DNA of 64,000 nt, taken from NCBI RefSeq assembly GCF_009914755.1, contig NC_060927.1, one strand, 5' to 3'. The notes under the pieces were generated by a model. That model was not told the origin of the DNA. It saw nothing but the letters and a program-made list of their open reading frames with translations, and searched no databases. The DNA is from the human T2T-CHM13v2.0 reference genome, Homo sapiens. A program made the translations under genes and the position numbers. This document shows, piece after piece, positions 13,140-26,730 of the stretch (positions are counted from its first letter, which is position 1; each line of letters starts with the position of its first letter).

Positions 13140-14150
13140 TGCACCCTGATCACAGGCCAGAACTGCTGATTCGGCTGTAATCCAAATAAGAATTTAACGC
13201 TATGGACCCAGAATGCCAGAATCTTCCATCTGCCAATCCAAACCCACCTCTACTGGTCTTCACCCTGGTCTCCCTGGAATGCTGATCCATATGGGCTGCA
13301 AAAAGACAGTCCTTCAATATGTCTTGCTGTATATACCAAAAAAGCAAGGCTTTGACCTAAACTCCTTACCTGGGCCGCTTCTCAGGGTTGTGTCTGCAGT
13401 GAGCAACCTTGAAGGATGAGGTAATGTTTCCCTCTGGGACAAGCACAGGCTTGATTACTGCTTACTACCAAAGTGACGGATTCCCCAAGCTCAGTGTTCC
13501 TCAGCTGCAACCTAAACCTAAGGCATGTGCAGCATCCATATGGGTCCACCATATCACCCCAATGGGAACTAGGGTGAATGAGAACCAACACAATATGCTG
13601 ATGCACATACTGCTTCCTGTGCTGTGAGTAATAAAGTCCTTTGTCTCTGACCCAGTAGTCTTGTCTTCTGCTAGCATCCATGACACAGTAAGACTAACTT
13701 ACTAGCTTGTAAGAGTCAAATCCCAGACCTGATATACATCAGTAGGGCTTCAGTTGGGTTCAATCCAATGGGAGTCTTGGCATATCAAGGAAAGGAAGAA
13801 GCATGAAGTCAGGATATACACTTATTCCTGCTCCCTTTCTATAAGGCCACCTTGGGCTGCCTTCGTCATTTCAATGAAGCTCACTGCTCTTCTCAAGGTA
13901 GCGTATTCTATAAACAGTATCTCTTTCTAGATCCAGTAACCTCTCTCTCTCCTAATCCCTTATGGCCTAGAGATGATAACAGCTCTGCTGCTCTGCTGCT
14001 AGCACTAGGCTCGCATGACCTAGTAGGCAAAACCTGTGGTTTTCCTATACCCTATTCATACCTTCATGAGTCCCTTTGTAAATAAACCCTCCTAAAATTA
14101 CCTCAATTTGAGTGTTGCCATCTGTTTCTTGTTGGAACTCTGACCGACAG
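13140..14150 (+). mobile_element. Adjacent ERVL-class LTR fragments (the second LTR33-like)
   Basis: Two LTR 3' ends: GTAATAAAGTCCTTTGTCTCTGACCC...GATA and AATAAACCCTCC...TTTGAGTGTTGCCATCTGTTTC...GACA. Confidence 0.6.
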
Positions 14151-14359
14151 AAGCAGTTAAGTCAGGATCCAGTAAGTTGATACCATGACACCCACTGCCA
14201 GTCACATATATTGCAAATAATAGTTCCTTGAGGAAAGGTGCCCTGGATAAGAAATAACCTGCCTACAGACAAAAAGTAGGAGACTGGAGGAACAGGTGCT
14301 ACCGCTCCTTTCTTTCTCAGTTGGGCCCCAATAAAAAGGCCTCTGCTTTAAAGAGTTAA

Positions 14360-15050
14360 GGCCAGGGTTTAGCACTCTTTCTTCAAAGGTCAAATAAATA
14401 TTTTAGGTTTAGCAGGCCAGATGATCTCTGTCAAAACTACTCAACTCTGACACTGCAGCACAAAAACAGCTAATAAAAACACATTAATAAATTAGCTTGG
14501 CTGCATTCTAATAAAATCTTATTTACACAATAAAATAACTAAACATTACTTATAAAACTGGCTGTAGTGTATTGAGCTTAGACCAATGCTGTCCAATAGA
14601 AATATAATACAAACCATATATGTAACTTGAAATTTCCAGTAACCATATAAAATAGGTAAAATTACTTTTCATAATATTTAAATCAATATATCCAAAATAT
14701 TAACATTTCAGTGTATAATATAAATAACTGAAATTTTGTATTAAATCTTCTAAATCTAGCATATATTTTACACAAAGCACAATCTAGATGCTAAATTCTC
14801 ATCAGAAATACTTGGTCTATATTTAGATTTAATAAAATTTACACTTGAAAAGGTAGGTTCACATGCCCAAGTTATTCCAAACATACTTAAAAGTTTTATA
14901 ATAACTGGATCAATTATCAGTTTTCTAATTTAATTTTAAATTAATTTAAATTAAATAACATTAAAATTCAATTCCTTGGTTGTACTAGTCACATTTCAAG
15001 TGCTGAATAGCCACATGTGGCCAGTGGCTACCATCTTGAATAGCACAGGT
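14360..15050. mobile_element. hAT-Charlie DNA transposon relics (MER58-like, then MER33/MER3-like)
   Basis: TGCTGTCCAATAGAAATATAAT...TAGCCACATGTGGCCAGTGGCTACCATCTTGAATAGCACAG termini. Confidence 0.7.
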
Positions 15051-15967
15051 CAAGATAATATAAAGCTATCATTACTGGCCTCCAAGATGAGTTAGGTTTC
15101 CCTTGCCTTAGTTCTCTACCTTGGGACTATCTGAAACATCAACCTCTAGTCCCATGAATGCTCTACTGACACTTTCTCAGCCTCCTTGCTTAAATCCTGA
15201 TCTCTTTATAGGGCTACTGCTTTATATGACTTTCTAAACTTCATTCCTTGCCCAAGCTGAATCTAAGCACGTACTACAGTGCTGACATTTCTGGCCCACC
15301 TGAACTATAGAACTGGCTAGTCTAATTCTAGTCCATCTGAATTCCCACTGTGGACTTTTTCATCTTCATTTTGGGCTATCTTGTTTTCTAGGCCTCCAAG
15401 GGACAACATAATCAAAACTTTCTTGTTCTAAACTAGGAAAAGTTAGCCGTGAGGGTGTAAAGTACCCTTGGCTATACTCACCACCAATCAGCAGCAGCCT
15501 TTCCTTATTCATCCGATTTTACCTTCCTATGTACCATGTATCCTAACTGTGTAGCTTGACAAGTTCAGCTTGACCAACTTAGGATATATATATATATAAA
15601 TATAATAATTTTAAGGCAACTACTAGAAGTATACACTTGAAATACAACCAATTTATGATTATCTATGAAAACAAGTGGCAGGGGAAACTAAGATCACTCT
15701 ATATACCTCCCAAATGTCATTCTGAGTTTGAACTTTTTCTCCTACAAAACCCTGACAGTCTCTTTTTCTATTTTTCTTCTTGAGAAAATGATAGCAAGCA
15801 AAGTGGACTACTCAGTGATTAGAAGCTGAATACAGAAAGGCATAAGCACACATAAACCTAACTAATACTGATTATTAAAATGAAAATCAACTGTATAATC
15901 CTGATAATTGATCAAAATACCCACAATTAAGGATTATCTTTAAATAACTAAGAGAAAAAAGGCTTAC

Positions 15968-16090
15968 ATGTTTCTTTCTGGACTACCAAAGGAATAGTAT
16001 GTTTTTCATGTCTTTTCTTTTTTGATCCGTATCTTTTGCTTTCTAAAGGTCTAGAATTAGATCTGTTTTCTAAATATGCTGTTTCTGAAC
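15968..16090 (-). CDS. CCDC14: CCDC14 coding exon 5 (123 nt, symmetric; GSETAYLENRSNSRPLESKRYGSKKKRHEKHTIPLVVQKET)
   Basis: Acceptor taatag|GT, donor CAT|gtaagc; phase 1 to 1, open frame. Confidence 0.88.
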
Positions 16091-16170
16091 CTATTAATAA
16101 AACAAAAATTTGTTACATCAAAATAATGACTTGAGATAAGGTGATCAGCAAAGAATTAAAAAAAAAAAAC

Positions 16171-16240
16171 CTGAATCTTCATTTCTCAAAATGTCCCTCA
16201 GCAAAGAAGCACAACCATCAAGCCCGTGTACAGTTTCAGC
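16171..16240 (-). CDS. CCDC14: CCDC14 coding exon 4 (70 nt, [23 protein letters not shown])
   Basis: Acceptor ttacag|GCT, donor CAG|gttttt; phase 0 to 1. Confidence 0.9.
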
Positions 16241-16479
16241 CTGTAAGAAATAAAGTCATTTAGAATACATTTGTATATGACTGTTAGTGTAGGAAAAAAT
16301 ATAAATTATGTAGTTTTAAAATTTGTTTATTTACAAACTATTATTGGTAGAAAAGATGTTTTAAAGCAACAGACTTCATACTTCCTTAGAGCAATTAATA
16401 CTTTGCATTTTATTCCTACTTTTTAGCTACTATTTGAAAACTAATTAAAATAGTGTGTATTGTATCTATTCAATCTTAC

Positions 16480-16552
16480 CTGACTTTCTGAATCAGAATG
16501 GATGGAATAGCCAGAATCTGCATTAAAACGTGGTATTTTTCTTAAATAGGTC
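16480..16552 (-). CDS. CCDC14: CCDC14 coding exon 3 (73 nt, ATYLRKIPRFNADSGYSIHSDSESQ)
   Basis: Acceptor ttccag|G, donor CAG|gtaaga; phase 2 to 0. Confidence 0.92.
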
Positions 16553-16864
16553 CTGGAAAACAAGCTTATTAATATTCTTACAAATATTTTTCCCAAAATA
16601 TATTAGTAAGTAGTCATTTTCTTTCCAGCAAAGACAAGAAAGCTTGTCCAACCATGTACAAGATGAATTTATAAACACATTCTGAAGATCAGAAAGACTG
16701 TTAAATACTAAAATGATTAACATGGGTAGACATGAAAAATTGTTCCTCAGAGCTTGTGATGGTAGAGGCCTACCTAATTTTCTGGGGTAGACGACATGTC
16801 ATCCAGCCCAAAGACCTGAAAAATTCCTTGAAATCTGAAGTTGTAAACGTCTTCAAGTACTTAC

Positions 16865-16920
16865 GCTTTCTTTCCATTTGTTAATTTAGCAGGTCCAGTG
16901 TGCCTTCCTGAAGATAACAC
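16865..16920 (-). CDS. CCDC14: CCDC14 coding exon 2 (56 nt, VLSSGRHTGPAKLTNGKK)
   Basis: Acceptor tcatag|GTG, donor AGC|gtaagt; phase 0 to 2, in frame with exons 1 and 3. Confidence 0.92.
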
Positions 16921-18579
16921 CTATGACATAATATATTATAGCAGATAAACAAATATTTTTCTATTATATTTTCAATATGCTATCTTGACAAAATTTAATG
17001 TCATTTTTTTCTTTTATTCATCTTCTCAAACTGAAACTCTGCATCCATTAAACAATACCTTTCCATCCCCTCTTCTCCCTGACCCTAGCAACTATCATCC
17101 TAGTTTCTATGAATTTGACTAGTCTAGAAACTTTATATAACTGAAATAATACAATATTTGTTCTTTTGTGACTGGCTTATTTCACTTAGCATAATGTCTT
17201 CAAGCTTCATCTATATTGTAGCATGTGTCAAAATTTTTCTTCCTTTTTGAGGTCAAATATATTCCATTATATGTATGTACCACATTATTCACTGTTTTAA
17301 TTAATGTGATATATCCTAAAAATACACAATTATAATTTAATTCATATATTAAATTTCTTTTATGTAAAACGTCAAGCAAACTACACATATATTTGTTCCT
17401 TAAGTCTATTTAAGGTGAAAAGGAAATTGAGATACTATTTTAAACCAGAAGTAACTACTACACTAAGTTCAGACTATATTAATCCCAAAATATGTTCTAT
17501 AGTCCCAAATTCTTTGAAACATGCAAGTTAATTCATGATATAGGACAGAGTTCTTAACTCTGGTTCCTTTTATGTACATTCTTTAGAATGCCTGATTAGA
17601 CCAGGAAGTGAGAACTCTACCCTGTCTCTTTATCTACATCTCACTGTCTTAATTTTTCTTTTTAAATTCATATACCACTGTTGTTTTCTTAAACTTTTTT
17701 GTTTTAAAAGTGACAATAATGGACAACCTTTTGTGTAGAAAAACAGGAAAAAATAAGCATTTGCTTTTACATGCATCCAGTATCTTGGGAGTTATGCCAG
17801 AAACAGTTAATCATGGTTGCCTCTGGGGAGGGAAACAGAGTATCTGGGGGACAGAGCGAGAAGGGACACTTTCCATGGTATACTATTTTATATCTTAATA
17901 ATTTTATATCAGATAAATATAATCTTTATTCAAAATAATTTTAAATAGACATGAGAAAGTCCCTGATTCCCCCGCTAGTTCCACCCTCCAGATGTAGTCA
18001 CTGTTGGCAGTTTTATTTATAATTTCTCTTCACATATTTAATTTCATCTCCAGATAGCTTTGAGCTGTAACTACCAAACTTTCTAAAGTTATACGGCATT
18101 CTATTATATGCTTGAATATGTGCTCCATCCTTCTAAGAATGTCACTGAGAATACATTTTTTAAAAACTGGGTTGGTAAGAGTTATACGTCTTGAGATAAC
18201 TTGGATTATGATGGAGGGTCATGAAGCCAGCAGTGAGAACCAACAATGTAGGAAATAAGACCTTGTATAACATCACACCACTGGTCTCTGCATCACACTC
18301 TCAGGGTCCTTCCCTTTGGTATATTTATGTCGATGTCTTGGCTGGAATCATAATAAAAAATCCAAGCCATGACACTATAATACTATACCCTGGATCGAGT
18401 CCAAAAACAACTACCACAATTAAAGTACACTGTCTGAGGTATATGTCTGGCATAACTGTAAGATTACATATGGTGTTTCTCCAAAAAATATACACAAGGC
18501 TATATTATAGAAAATCTGGTAAAGAAAACTACCCATGATAAAAGCACCTTGAAACAGTAACTGTCATATTGGAACAATT

Positions 18580-19880
18580 CCTTTCAATTTTTTTTTGTAG
18601 TTTCTACTATGAAATAATAGTACAAAGATGCCCTATATATGCTTCACTCAGATTCTGTGACCCTTGACATTTTCCATATTCTCTCTCAATATATATACAC
18701 AGCAGTACTTTTTGCCTGAACCATTAGAGTTAAGTTTGCAGATACAATACTCCTTTACTCCTAAATGTTTCCTAAAAACAAGGCCATTCTCTAACATAAC
18801 CACAGTATAATTATCAAAACCAGGAAATTAACATTGATACAGAATTACAATCTAATATTCAGACCTTATTCACATGTTGCCAATTATCCCAATACTGTTC
18901 TTTACAAAAAAAAACCCAAAAAACAAAAATCCCTCTGGTTCACGCCCAATCCATGCTCACATTCTGTTTCTATGAGTTTTAACTATTTAGGTACTTTATG
19001 TAAGTAAAATCATGCAGTATTTGTCCTTCTGTGACTAGCTTATTTCACTTAGCATAATGTCTTCAAGTTTTGTCTCTGTTGTTGCATATGACAGCTATTT
19101 CTTTCTTTTTAAAGGTTGAATAATAGTCCATTGTATGTATATACCATATTTTCTTTATCTGTTCATCTGCAGATAGAATTTGGGTTGTTCCCACATTTGG
19201 CTATTGTGAATAGTGCTGCAATGAACACAAGAGTGCAAATATCTCTTCTATATCCTGATTTCAATTCTTTTGGATAAATTCCCAGAAGTAGAATTGCTGG
19301 GTGATATAGTTCTATATTTAATTTGGTGAGGAATCTCCATATTGTTTTCCATAGCAGCTATACCATTTTACATTCCCACTGACAGTGTACAAGGGTTCCA
19401 ATTCTTCCACATCCTTGCCAACACTTGTTTTCATTTTTTGAATGTCATCCTAACAGGGGTTAGGTGATAGCTCATTGTGGTTTTAATTTGCATTTCCTGG
19501 ATTAGTGATGTTGAGCATCTTTTCATATACCTGCTGGCCATCTGTACATTTTCTTTGGAGAAATGTCTATTCAAATCCTTTTTTCGTTTTTTAACCAGGT
19601 TATGTGTTGTTCTGCTTTTGAGTTATAGAAATTCCTTATATGTATTTTGGATATTATTTATCAGATACATGGCTTGGAAATATTTTCTCCCATTCTGTAG
19701 ATTGCCTTTTCACTCCATTAATCATTTCCTGTGCTGTGCAGAAGCTTTTTAGTTTGATGTGTCCATGCTCTTCTTATATTACCCCTGCTCAGCCCTGGAG
19801 TTGGTCATTTCTCCAAGAAGCCATGACTCCTTAGTGGACAGTGGTACGTGGAAACCAAGATCTAGGTACTAGATGTGTTC
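18580..19880 (-). mobile_element. Nested old L1 3' fragments (L1MB-like inside L1MC/ME-like)
   Basis: CTTATTTCACTTAGCATAATGTC...GCTATTGTGAATAGTGCTGCAATGAAC...TTGGAGAAATGTCTATTCA. Confidence 0.85.
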
Positions 19881-20989
19881 TTTGCTATTGGGGCCTCCAA
19901 TCTTTTTTCATATGCATTTTTTACTTAGTCATAATACCTAGATATTTGCAATTTTAAATCCTGTGTTTTCTACTTTTAAATCTTTTTCATATTCATAAAT
20001 TTTTAATGGTTGTATAATATTTCCTTCAGTGGAAGTAATATAATAATGGTCTTGGTTTGCTTCATATTTTTCACAATTAAAAAAACAAACCTGGAATAAG
20101 CCTTTCTATCTACTGAAAACAGCCTTTTTATATTTAGGATTAAAAAGAAAATTATTTGGTGAAAGGTTATTAGCAATTTAATAACCCTTGATACAAACTG
20201 CAAAGCTGCTCTCCAAAAGGAGTGTCCTAATCACAATACAGGAGAATCAGTTTGCTTTATTTTACACTTACTTCTACGAGGTTATTATCATTAAACTTTT
20301 AATTTTGCTATTTGAGAATCATATAAGCATTTCTTAGTAGTCATATCTCCTACCAACAAGTACAAGATAATACTGCCTTTGTAGAATGACTTACAGTGTG
20401 CTAAGGTCTTTCATTTTCACTTAATCCATACCCTGTGAGTTATTATTTGTGAGGTGGGAACCTAAATTTCAGAAAAGTGGTTTGTTCAAAGTCATACATC
20501 TACTAGGTAAAATGTTTAAAAGAAGAATGGACTCTGGCATCAGTTTTGTGAGTCTGAATCTTGTTTCCACAGCTGTGTAACTGCCAAGTTATTTGAATCC
20601 TCCAGCCCTCGATTTCCTCATATATAAAATAGGGATAATAGTACTTACCTCATAAGGATATCGTGACTATTAAATGAGTTATTCTATGTAATACATAAAA
20701 GCACTTACAGTAGCATCTGCCACATAAGTCCTATCTAAATGTTGGCTGCTGTTATCATTAAGATGGTGGCAAACTACGTGTTTTAAAGGGAACTAAATTT
20801 TGTTGTATGTCTACAACAACTGTGTGATCGATGTTTTTACCGGGTTCTCTTATTTAACCTTCTCAATTCTTTGAGACAGGATTTTATGCTTATTTCTGCC
20901 TATTTTGCAGCTAAGGAATAGGAAGTTCTGAGCAGTAAAAAGTAGTAGACTCTCAATCTGCAGGTGACTGAAGCTAGGAGAGGTTAAGT

Positions 20990-21750
20990 CACTCGACGCA
21001 GCGGCGAAGGCTGGGACTCGAACCCGGGCCTGACCCCAAAGCCGGCGCTCTAGACTAGGGCTACGACGATTTAAACAGAAACATCTAGAGACCGAGCGGC
21101 CGTGTTACGACGGGAAGATTAGGTGTTCCCTGCACCTCTGTCCCAGCACTTTAATGTCGCCGCATTGTCTTTGTCTTTTTTCGAGCAGAGTTTTACAAGT
21201 TCCTGGCCCGAAAACCCCCCTGTCCCTCTCCATCCCCACAGCGGACTCCTCAGGTCCTCAGCCCTCACCTGGCCCGGTCGAGCTCCAGACCTGACCATCT
21301 CTCGCCGCCTCAGAGAAGCCCAGACCGAGGGAAGTGAAGCCTCACGGTAAAAAGAATTAACCGCCGTGGGCTCCCGGACCTTCTTGGCCCGCCCGCCGAG
21401 CTTCCGCTTCCGGAAAGGATCCCGCCGAATGCCGCGCTTCATAGTCTCCGACGCGCCTCCACTCCCTTTCTCCTGCTCCAGGCCCAGCGCCTTGGGCGTA
21501 CGCAATAGACCCCTCCAAGCTTCCCGGCTTGTCACCCACCGGCAGGGGTTGGGAGAAGCCAATAAACGGCGAACGGGGCGGGGCCAAGGCATGGCTGGGG
21601 CGGGGCCGGGGCGGAGCCGCCGAGAAAAGAGTTAAGCGGAGGTTCCAGGACTTGCGGTGGGGAAAACGGGGACGAGGACCCGCCAGCGCCAGAGGATGGG
21701 ACAGGGGTAGGAGGCGAATAGGTTTCAGAAGGAATTGAGCGCGACTTTTT
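20990..21750 (-). promoter_or_regulatory. CCDC14: CCDC14 CpG-island promoter
   Basis: CpG-dense and GC-rich. CCAAT at 21559-21563, GC boxes GGGGCGGGGC at 21575-21584 and 21597-21606, tandem ETS-type CTTCCGCTTCCGGAA at 21401-21415. Confidence 0.85.
21269..21442 (-). CDS. CCDC14: CCDC14 coding exon 1 (upstream ATG 21442 gives MKRGIRR...; in-frame second ATG 21298 gives MVRSGARPGQ)
   Basis: Translation MKRGIRRDPFRKRKLGGRAKKVREPTAVNSFYREASLPSVWASLRRREMVRSGARPGQ matches the recalled CCDC14 N-terminus. Donor CAG|GTGAGG at 21269, phase 0, inside a CpG island. Confidence 0.9.
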
Positions 21751-22087
21751 GGGTTTTCGCTCTTTATTTTTAGTTTGGCATCGTGTGCCTTTTGGAAGAT
21801 TTTGTTCTTGATATTCTATAAAAATAAGACCTCGGGGTTGTTACCTTTGCGTGTGATGGAAATTGCAGAATTATTCCCTGTGGCCACTGATCTCAGAACG
21901 GTGTTCATTAGTTGGGATTTTGGGTTTACTTCCATGCGTACTTGTCTCCTCTTATGTTGAGGTAATTACTTTTGATGAAAAATGACACAACATTCTTAGT
22001 ATTGGCATGTGCACTCATTTTAATGAGGATTTTAGTCATTGGTTTTTAAGGCATTGAGTTTTGGGTTAATGATTTAAATCAAGTTGA

Positions 22088-22382
<295 letters not shown>

Positions 22383-23944
22383 TCATTTCTTTTTAATGGA
22401 GAAAAGAGCTACGCTTTAAAAGTCTGTTACAATTAATGTCAAAGCCCAGGAACTAAAATATGTCCACCAAAATATCACACACTTATCCTGAGTGATTTTA
22501 GGAAATGAGTATTTCACAGATTTAGTTTTGAATTAGATCAAACTGTGAAAACCTCTCCTTTCCTTCCCCAGCCCTCACATAACTTCATAACTTGCTGACA
22601 TATTCACCTGAAATTAAGGGGTTTTTTTTAGTTAAGTTGATATTTTTTGAATTCATATTGATTTTTCTTAATACATGTTTATTTTAGAAAATATAGATAA
22701 GCAAAAAGGAAAAGACCACCCATAACCCCATTACCCATGAGTTATCACTTTGAACAGCTTGGTGCATTCCCTTCAAGATTTTTTCCACCTACATATATAT
22801 GTATAAATGTATTACGACAATATGAAATAATAGGTATTACTGTAACATGCGTGTTTTCTCTTAATATCTAATCAACATTGTTTCTCATTAGTCTACAATT
22901 ATAAAATGGCTGCCTGGTGTTCCATGATTCACTTCCCTAGTGTTGGGAATGTTATGCCCCCACCCCGTTTCATTTTGTTGTTTGCTATTATAAATAATGT
23001 TGCAGTGAGCTGAGATCTGCAAATGAACTAGATAGAGAGTGGAGAGCAGAGTATTCTAAAGATGTGGAGACAGCATGATGTTGAGAAAGAGAAACCCAGA
23101 GAGTTCCTTGCTGCTGAAGTATAGACAGTGGGGATGGAAATATATGTAGGGCCAGACTATGCAGTCCTCATAGACTACATGATTTGGCTTATTATCCTAA
23201 GGCCATTGGGAATACATAAAAGTTCAAGCAGGGGACACAGTGAACTGACTGGGGTTTTACAAAGATCAATGGCTGTAGTGTAGAGCAGGAATCTGAAATC
23301 TACAGTCCCTGGCAAAATTCAGTCTGCCATTCTTGGATATAGCCTGAGAACAGTTTTTACATTTTCAGGTAGTTTTTTTTAAGTCAAAAGAATTATATTG
23401 TGTGATGTGAAAAGTTACCTGAAAATCATCTCAGTGTTACAAAGTTTTATTGGAACACAGTCACGCTAATGTGTTTACACATTATCTGTGCTACAACTGC
23501 CAAAGTTGAGTATTTGTGATAGAGACCGTCTAGCCGGCCAAGCCTAAGATATTTACTATCTGGGCCTTTACAGAAGAAGTTTGCTGATCACTAGCATAGA
23601 GGGTGCTTGGGGGAAAGGCAAGTATGGGTGTGAGCAAGTTCTCTCCTCCTGCATCCATTCTCTGTCCTCCCCTTGGACTGACATCAGTCAGACATGCCCT
23701 CCAGCTTCAGGTTCTGTTTAGTCAATAGAAGAGGGAGAGAATGGGATATTCCTGCTCTCTCAGCACCGTTTGGCTGATGCACTGGCCCTCTGCATCATCA
23801 GGGGAGCCCCTGGAGCTCCAGTCCTCTCACACTCTAATAAAACATGTCCTTCCCTTTGTCTTTTCAGTCTTAGGGGTGATAATGGTTTGCTAGTCCCTGG
23901 GTGCCTCAACTCCCTTGTTGTTTTCCTTGTCCATTATGTAAACC

Positions 23945-24253
23945 TTTTTCTGTTTGTTTTGTTTTGTTTTTTGAGACAGAGTCTCGCTCTTTCGCCCAGG
24001 CCGGACTGCAGTGGTGCTGTGTAGGCTCACTGCAAGCTCCGCCTCCTGGGTTCACGCCATTCTCCTGCCTCAGCCTCCCGAGTAGCTGGGACTACAGGCG
24101 CCTGCCACCACGCCCGGCTAATTTTTTGTATTTTTAATAGAGGCGGGGTTTCACCATGTTAGCCAAGATGGTCTCCATCTCCTGACCTCGTGATCCGCCC
24201 GCCTCAGCCTCCCAAAGTGCTGGGATTACAGGTGTGAGCCACCGCGCCCGGCC
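23945..24253 (-). mobile_element. AluY
   Basis: Diagnostic GCAAGCTCCGCCTCC...TTCACGCCATTCTCC; TSD GTAAACCTTTT. Confidence 0.95.
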
Positions 24254-26294
24254 GTAAACCTTTTAATTGTCCTCAAAAATCTAGATTGTCTTCTGTTCCC
24301 TGTGAGGACCAGACTGATAGGAAGTCCAGATGAAATATGTTGGTAGCTGGGAGGGGATGAGGGGACCTAAGGGAGGTGGTGGTGAGGGAAGGTGAAGAGG
24401 ACATATTTGAGAGATGCATAGGAGGTAAAATGGAGAGCACTTGGTGATAAGAGTTGGAAAGTCAGGCAAGGGGAAGGTATTTGTTGACCCTGGTTTCTGG
24501 GTTTTGTATCTTGGCAGGTGGTGGGAGAGATCCACATTTAGGAAGGAAGCTTGTGAATTCATTTCTCTCCAACATTTTATTATGAAAAAAATGCAAACCA
24601 GGAAAGTCATTTTTGGATTTATTAAATTAGGGAGTACTTTGGAGTCATCCAAGAAAAGATGTCAAGTTAGCTACTGGATAGTTGAGTCTGGAGCGTGGCA
24701 AAGACCTGTGGGCTGCAAATACACCTTTCCGAGTTGCCTGTGGCTTCCGAACTTGTTCTCAAATTACTTCCTCAAGAAAGCCTCTCTATCCTGCCCCTGC
24801 AAACTAACTGTGTGCCTCATGCTACTATGTAGTAGCATCGTTTCTCACAATTATAAACTTGTGTTTAGTTATGTAATATCTGTCTTCCTAAGTAGAATTT
24901 AATCTCTATGAAAGCAGGGACCTCACCTTGTTCAAAGCAGTATCCCCAGTGCCTAGCACAATCCCTTGCACTTGTAGGAATTTCTTAATTATTTGTTGAA
25001 TAAACCAATGAATCAGCCATTGTTTGGACTGCTTTGGTGCACTGGGGCTGACAGCTACTTGAATGTCCAAGGCTCAGGATTGTCCAGGACTAGCCCTTTG
25101 AGCTTGGTCCGGAGGTTTAGTCCCTCTAGTATCATGGATACACAACTCTGCTTGTCTATCCAGTCTTTCATAATTCAGCACATTGGACCAATGACTTTGC
25201 CAATTGGCTCACCTCTGAAGTGTGAAAGTCTCTGTTCAGGTTTGACCATGTTCCAGTTTATAGGAAATGACCAAAGTTGAAAGTATATGAAGATCTAAAC
25301 TAAAAACACAGATTTATGGCCAGGATCTAAGATTCAAAAAGTAAGAGGCTGTGGATAAGAAGTCACATGTTGGGAGCGTGAGCTCAGTTCTGCTTGGAAA
25401 GATCTGAGAGACTGTGCTGTTGTCTTTCCTCAAGCCATTTAGTGCTCTCTGGGGCTATTTTGAACCCAAAGGTTCTTGGCCTTTTGAGATAATATACAAC
25501 TTTGAGAAATTGCTCAAAGCCTTATAATTTTTTCTTCAGAAAAATGCTAATGAGCACATTTTGGAGACATGATTACATATATAATGTTATCAGAGGCACT
25601 CAGGAGCCTCTCCAAGGATTTCAGGTTAAGATTCCTATTCTAACCTAATTCAAAACCAGCCTTCCACATTGGGGTGTCCAGCTCCTTCTGTTGCAGGGCC
25701 CTGGTGATCCTGGAAGTAGTTGGTTAACTAGGGATGGTAGGTCCCTGATGGAATAGCATCAAGGAGAGGAAGGGCATGGAGCATAGAGAAAATGGAATTG
25801 GGCCATAATCTTTGCATTTCCCACTGAAGCTTATATATCTGCAGTCTTCACTTTAATCAAAATAGCTTAATTTAGGAAAGAAAGAGCCCACTGTTTTTGC
25901 TTTATAAAATCCTGATTTTATTGCTTCCTGAAAATTTTTTTAAAGGAGAAATACAAACCATATGTTACAAGGGCCTTCATTTGACAGTTTAACTGGGGTC
26001 ATGCTAGGACTGTATAGATATTGCTGATTATGATAGGAAAGCCAGTGGGATGGGTCTGACAAGGATCTGTTGGCAGCAAGAATCAAGGGACCCCCTTTGG
26101 AATGATCCCATCACAAGGAAGAAATGGTTGGGGACAATGTGTCATGTTTGTGGGTCAGTTGTGAATTTTAATACAGCACAATGACAGTCACTTATTGCCC
26201 TGCAGACCCTGAAGACTTCTGCGTGATCCAAAGAGAGAAACATTAATAGTGATTAAAATGTTAAAATTTTGTTTTATTAAAATATCTGTAAGGC

Positions 26295-26730
26295 AGTGTA
26301 GCAGATGCAGGTGGCTTCTTATTGTGAACATCTATGACTTCCTGGCTGAGAGCCTTTTTTCTGGAGCAAAAGGAGCAAACTGAGGCAAGCTGGAAAGGCA
26401 GGACATTAATTCCCCTGGAAGAAGCCCTCAGTCAGTGACAGGTGGGGATTATCCAGTGATGGATGAAGAGCTTCCTCACCCTTCGATTGGGATAACTCTG
26501 AGATGTGTTTTATGCTGTCTCCCAGAGTTCCCCAGCAGTATTGGGGTACAGGGGTAACTGGCTGGATAACACACCATTTATTAGCTTTCTTCCCATCACT
26601 ATAATATCTTACTCTTCCTATCCCTGTTCCACTTTCCTGGGATCGCCTCCTAAATAAACTATTTGCATGTAAATCTCTGTCTCAGGGATTATTTCAGGCT
26701 GGGGGTGGGAGGAATCCCATACCTAGACAG
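26295..26730 (+). mobile_element. LTR16-like ERVL LTR
   Basis: TGTAGCAGATGC...CTCCTAAATAAACTATTTGCATGTAAATCTCTGTCTCAGG...CTAGACA. Confidence 0.65.
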
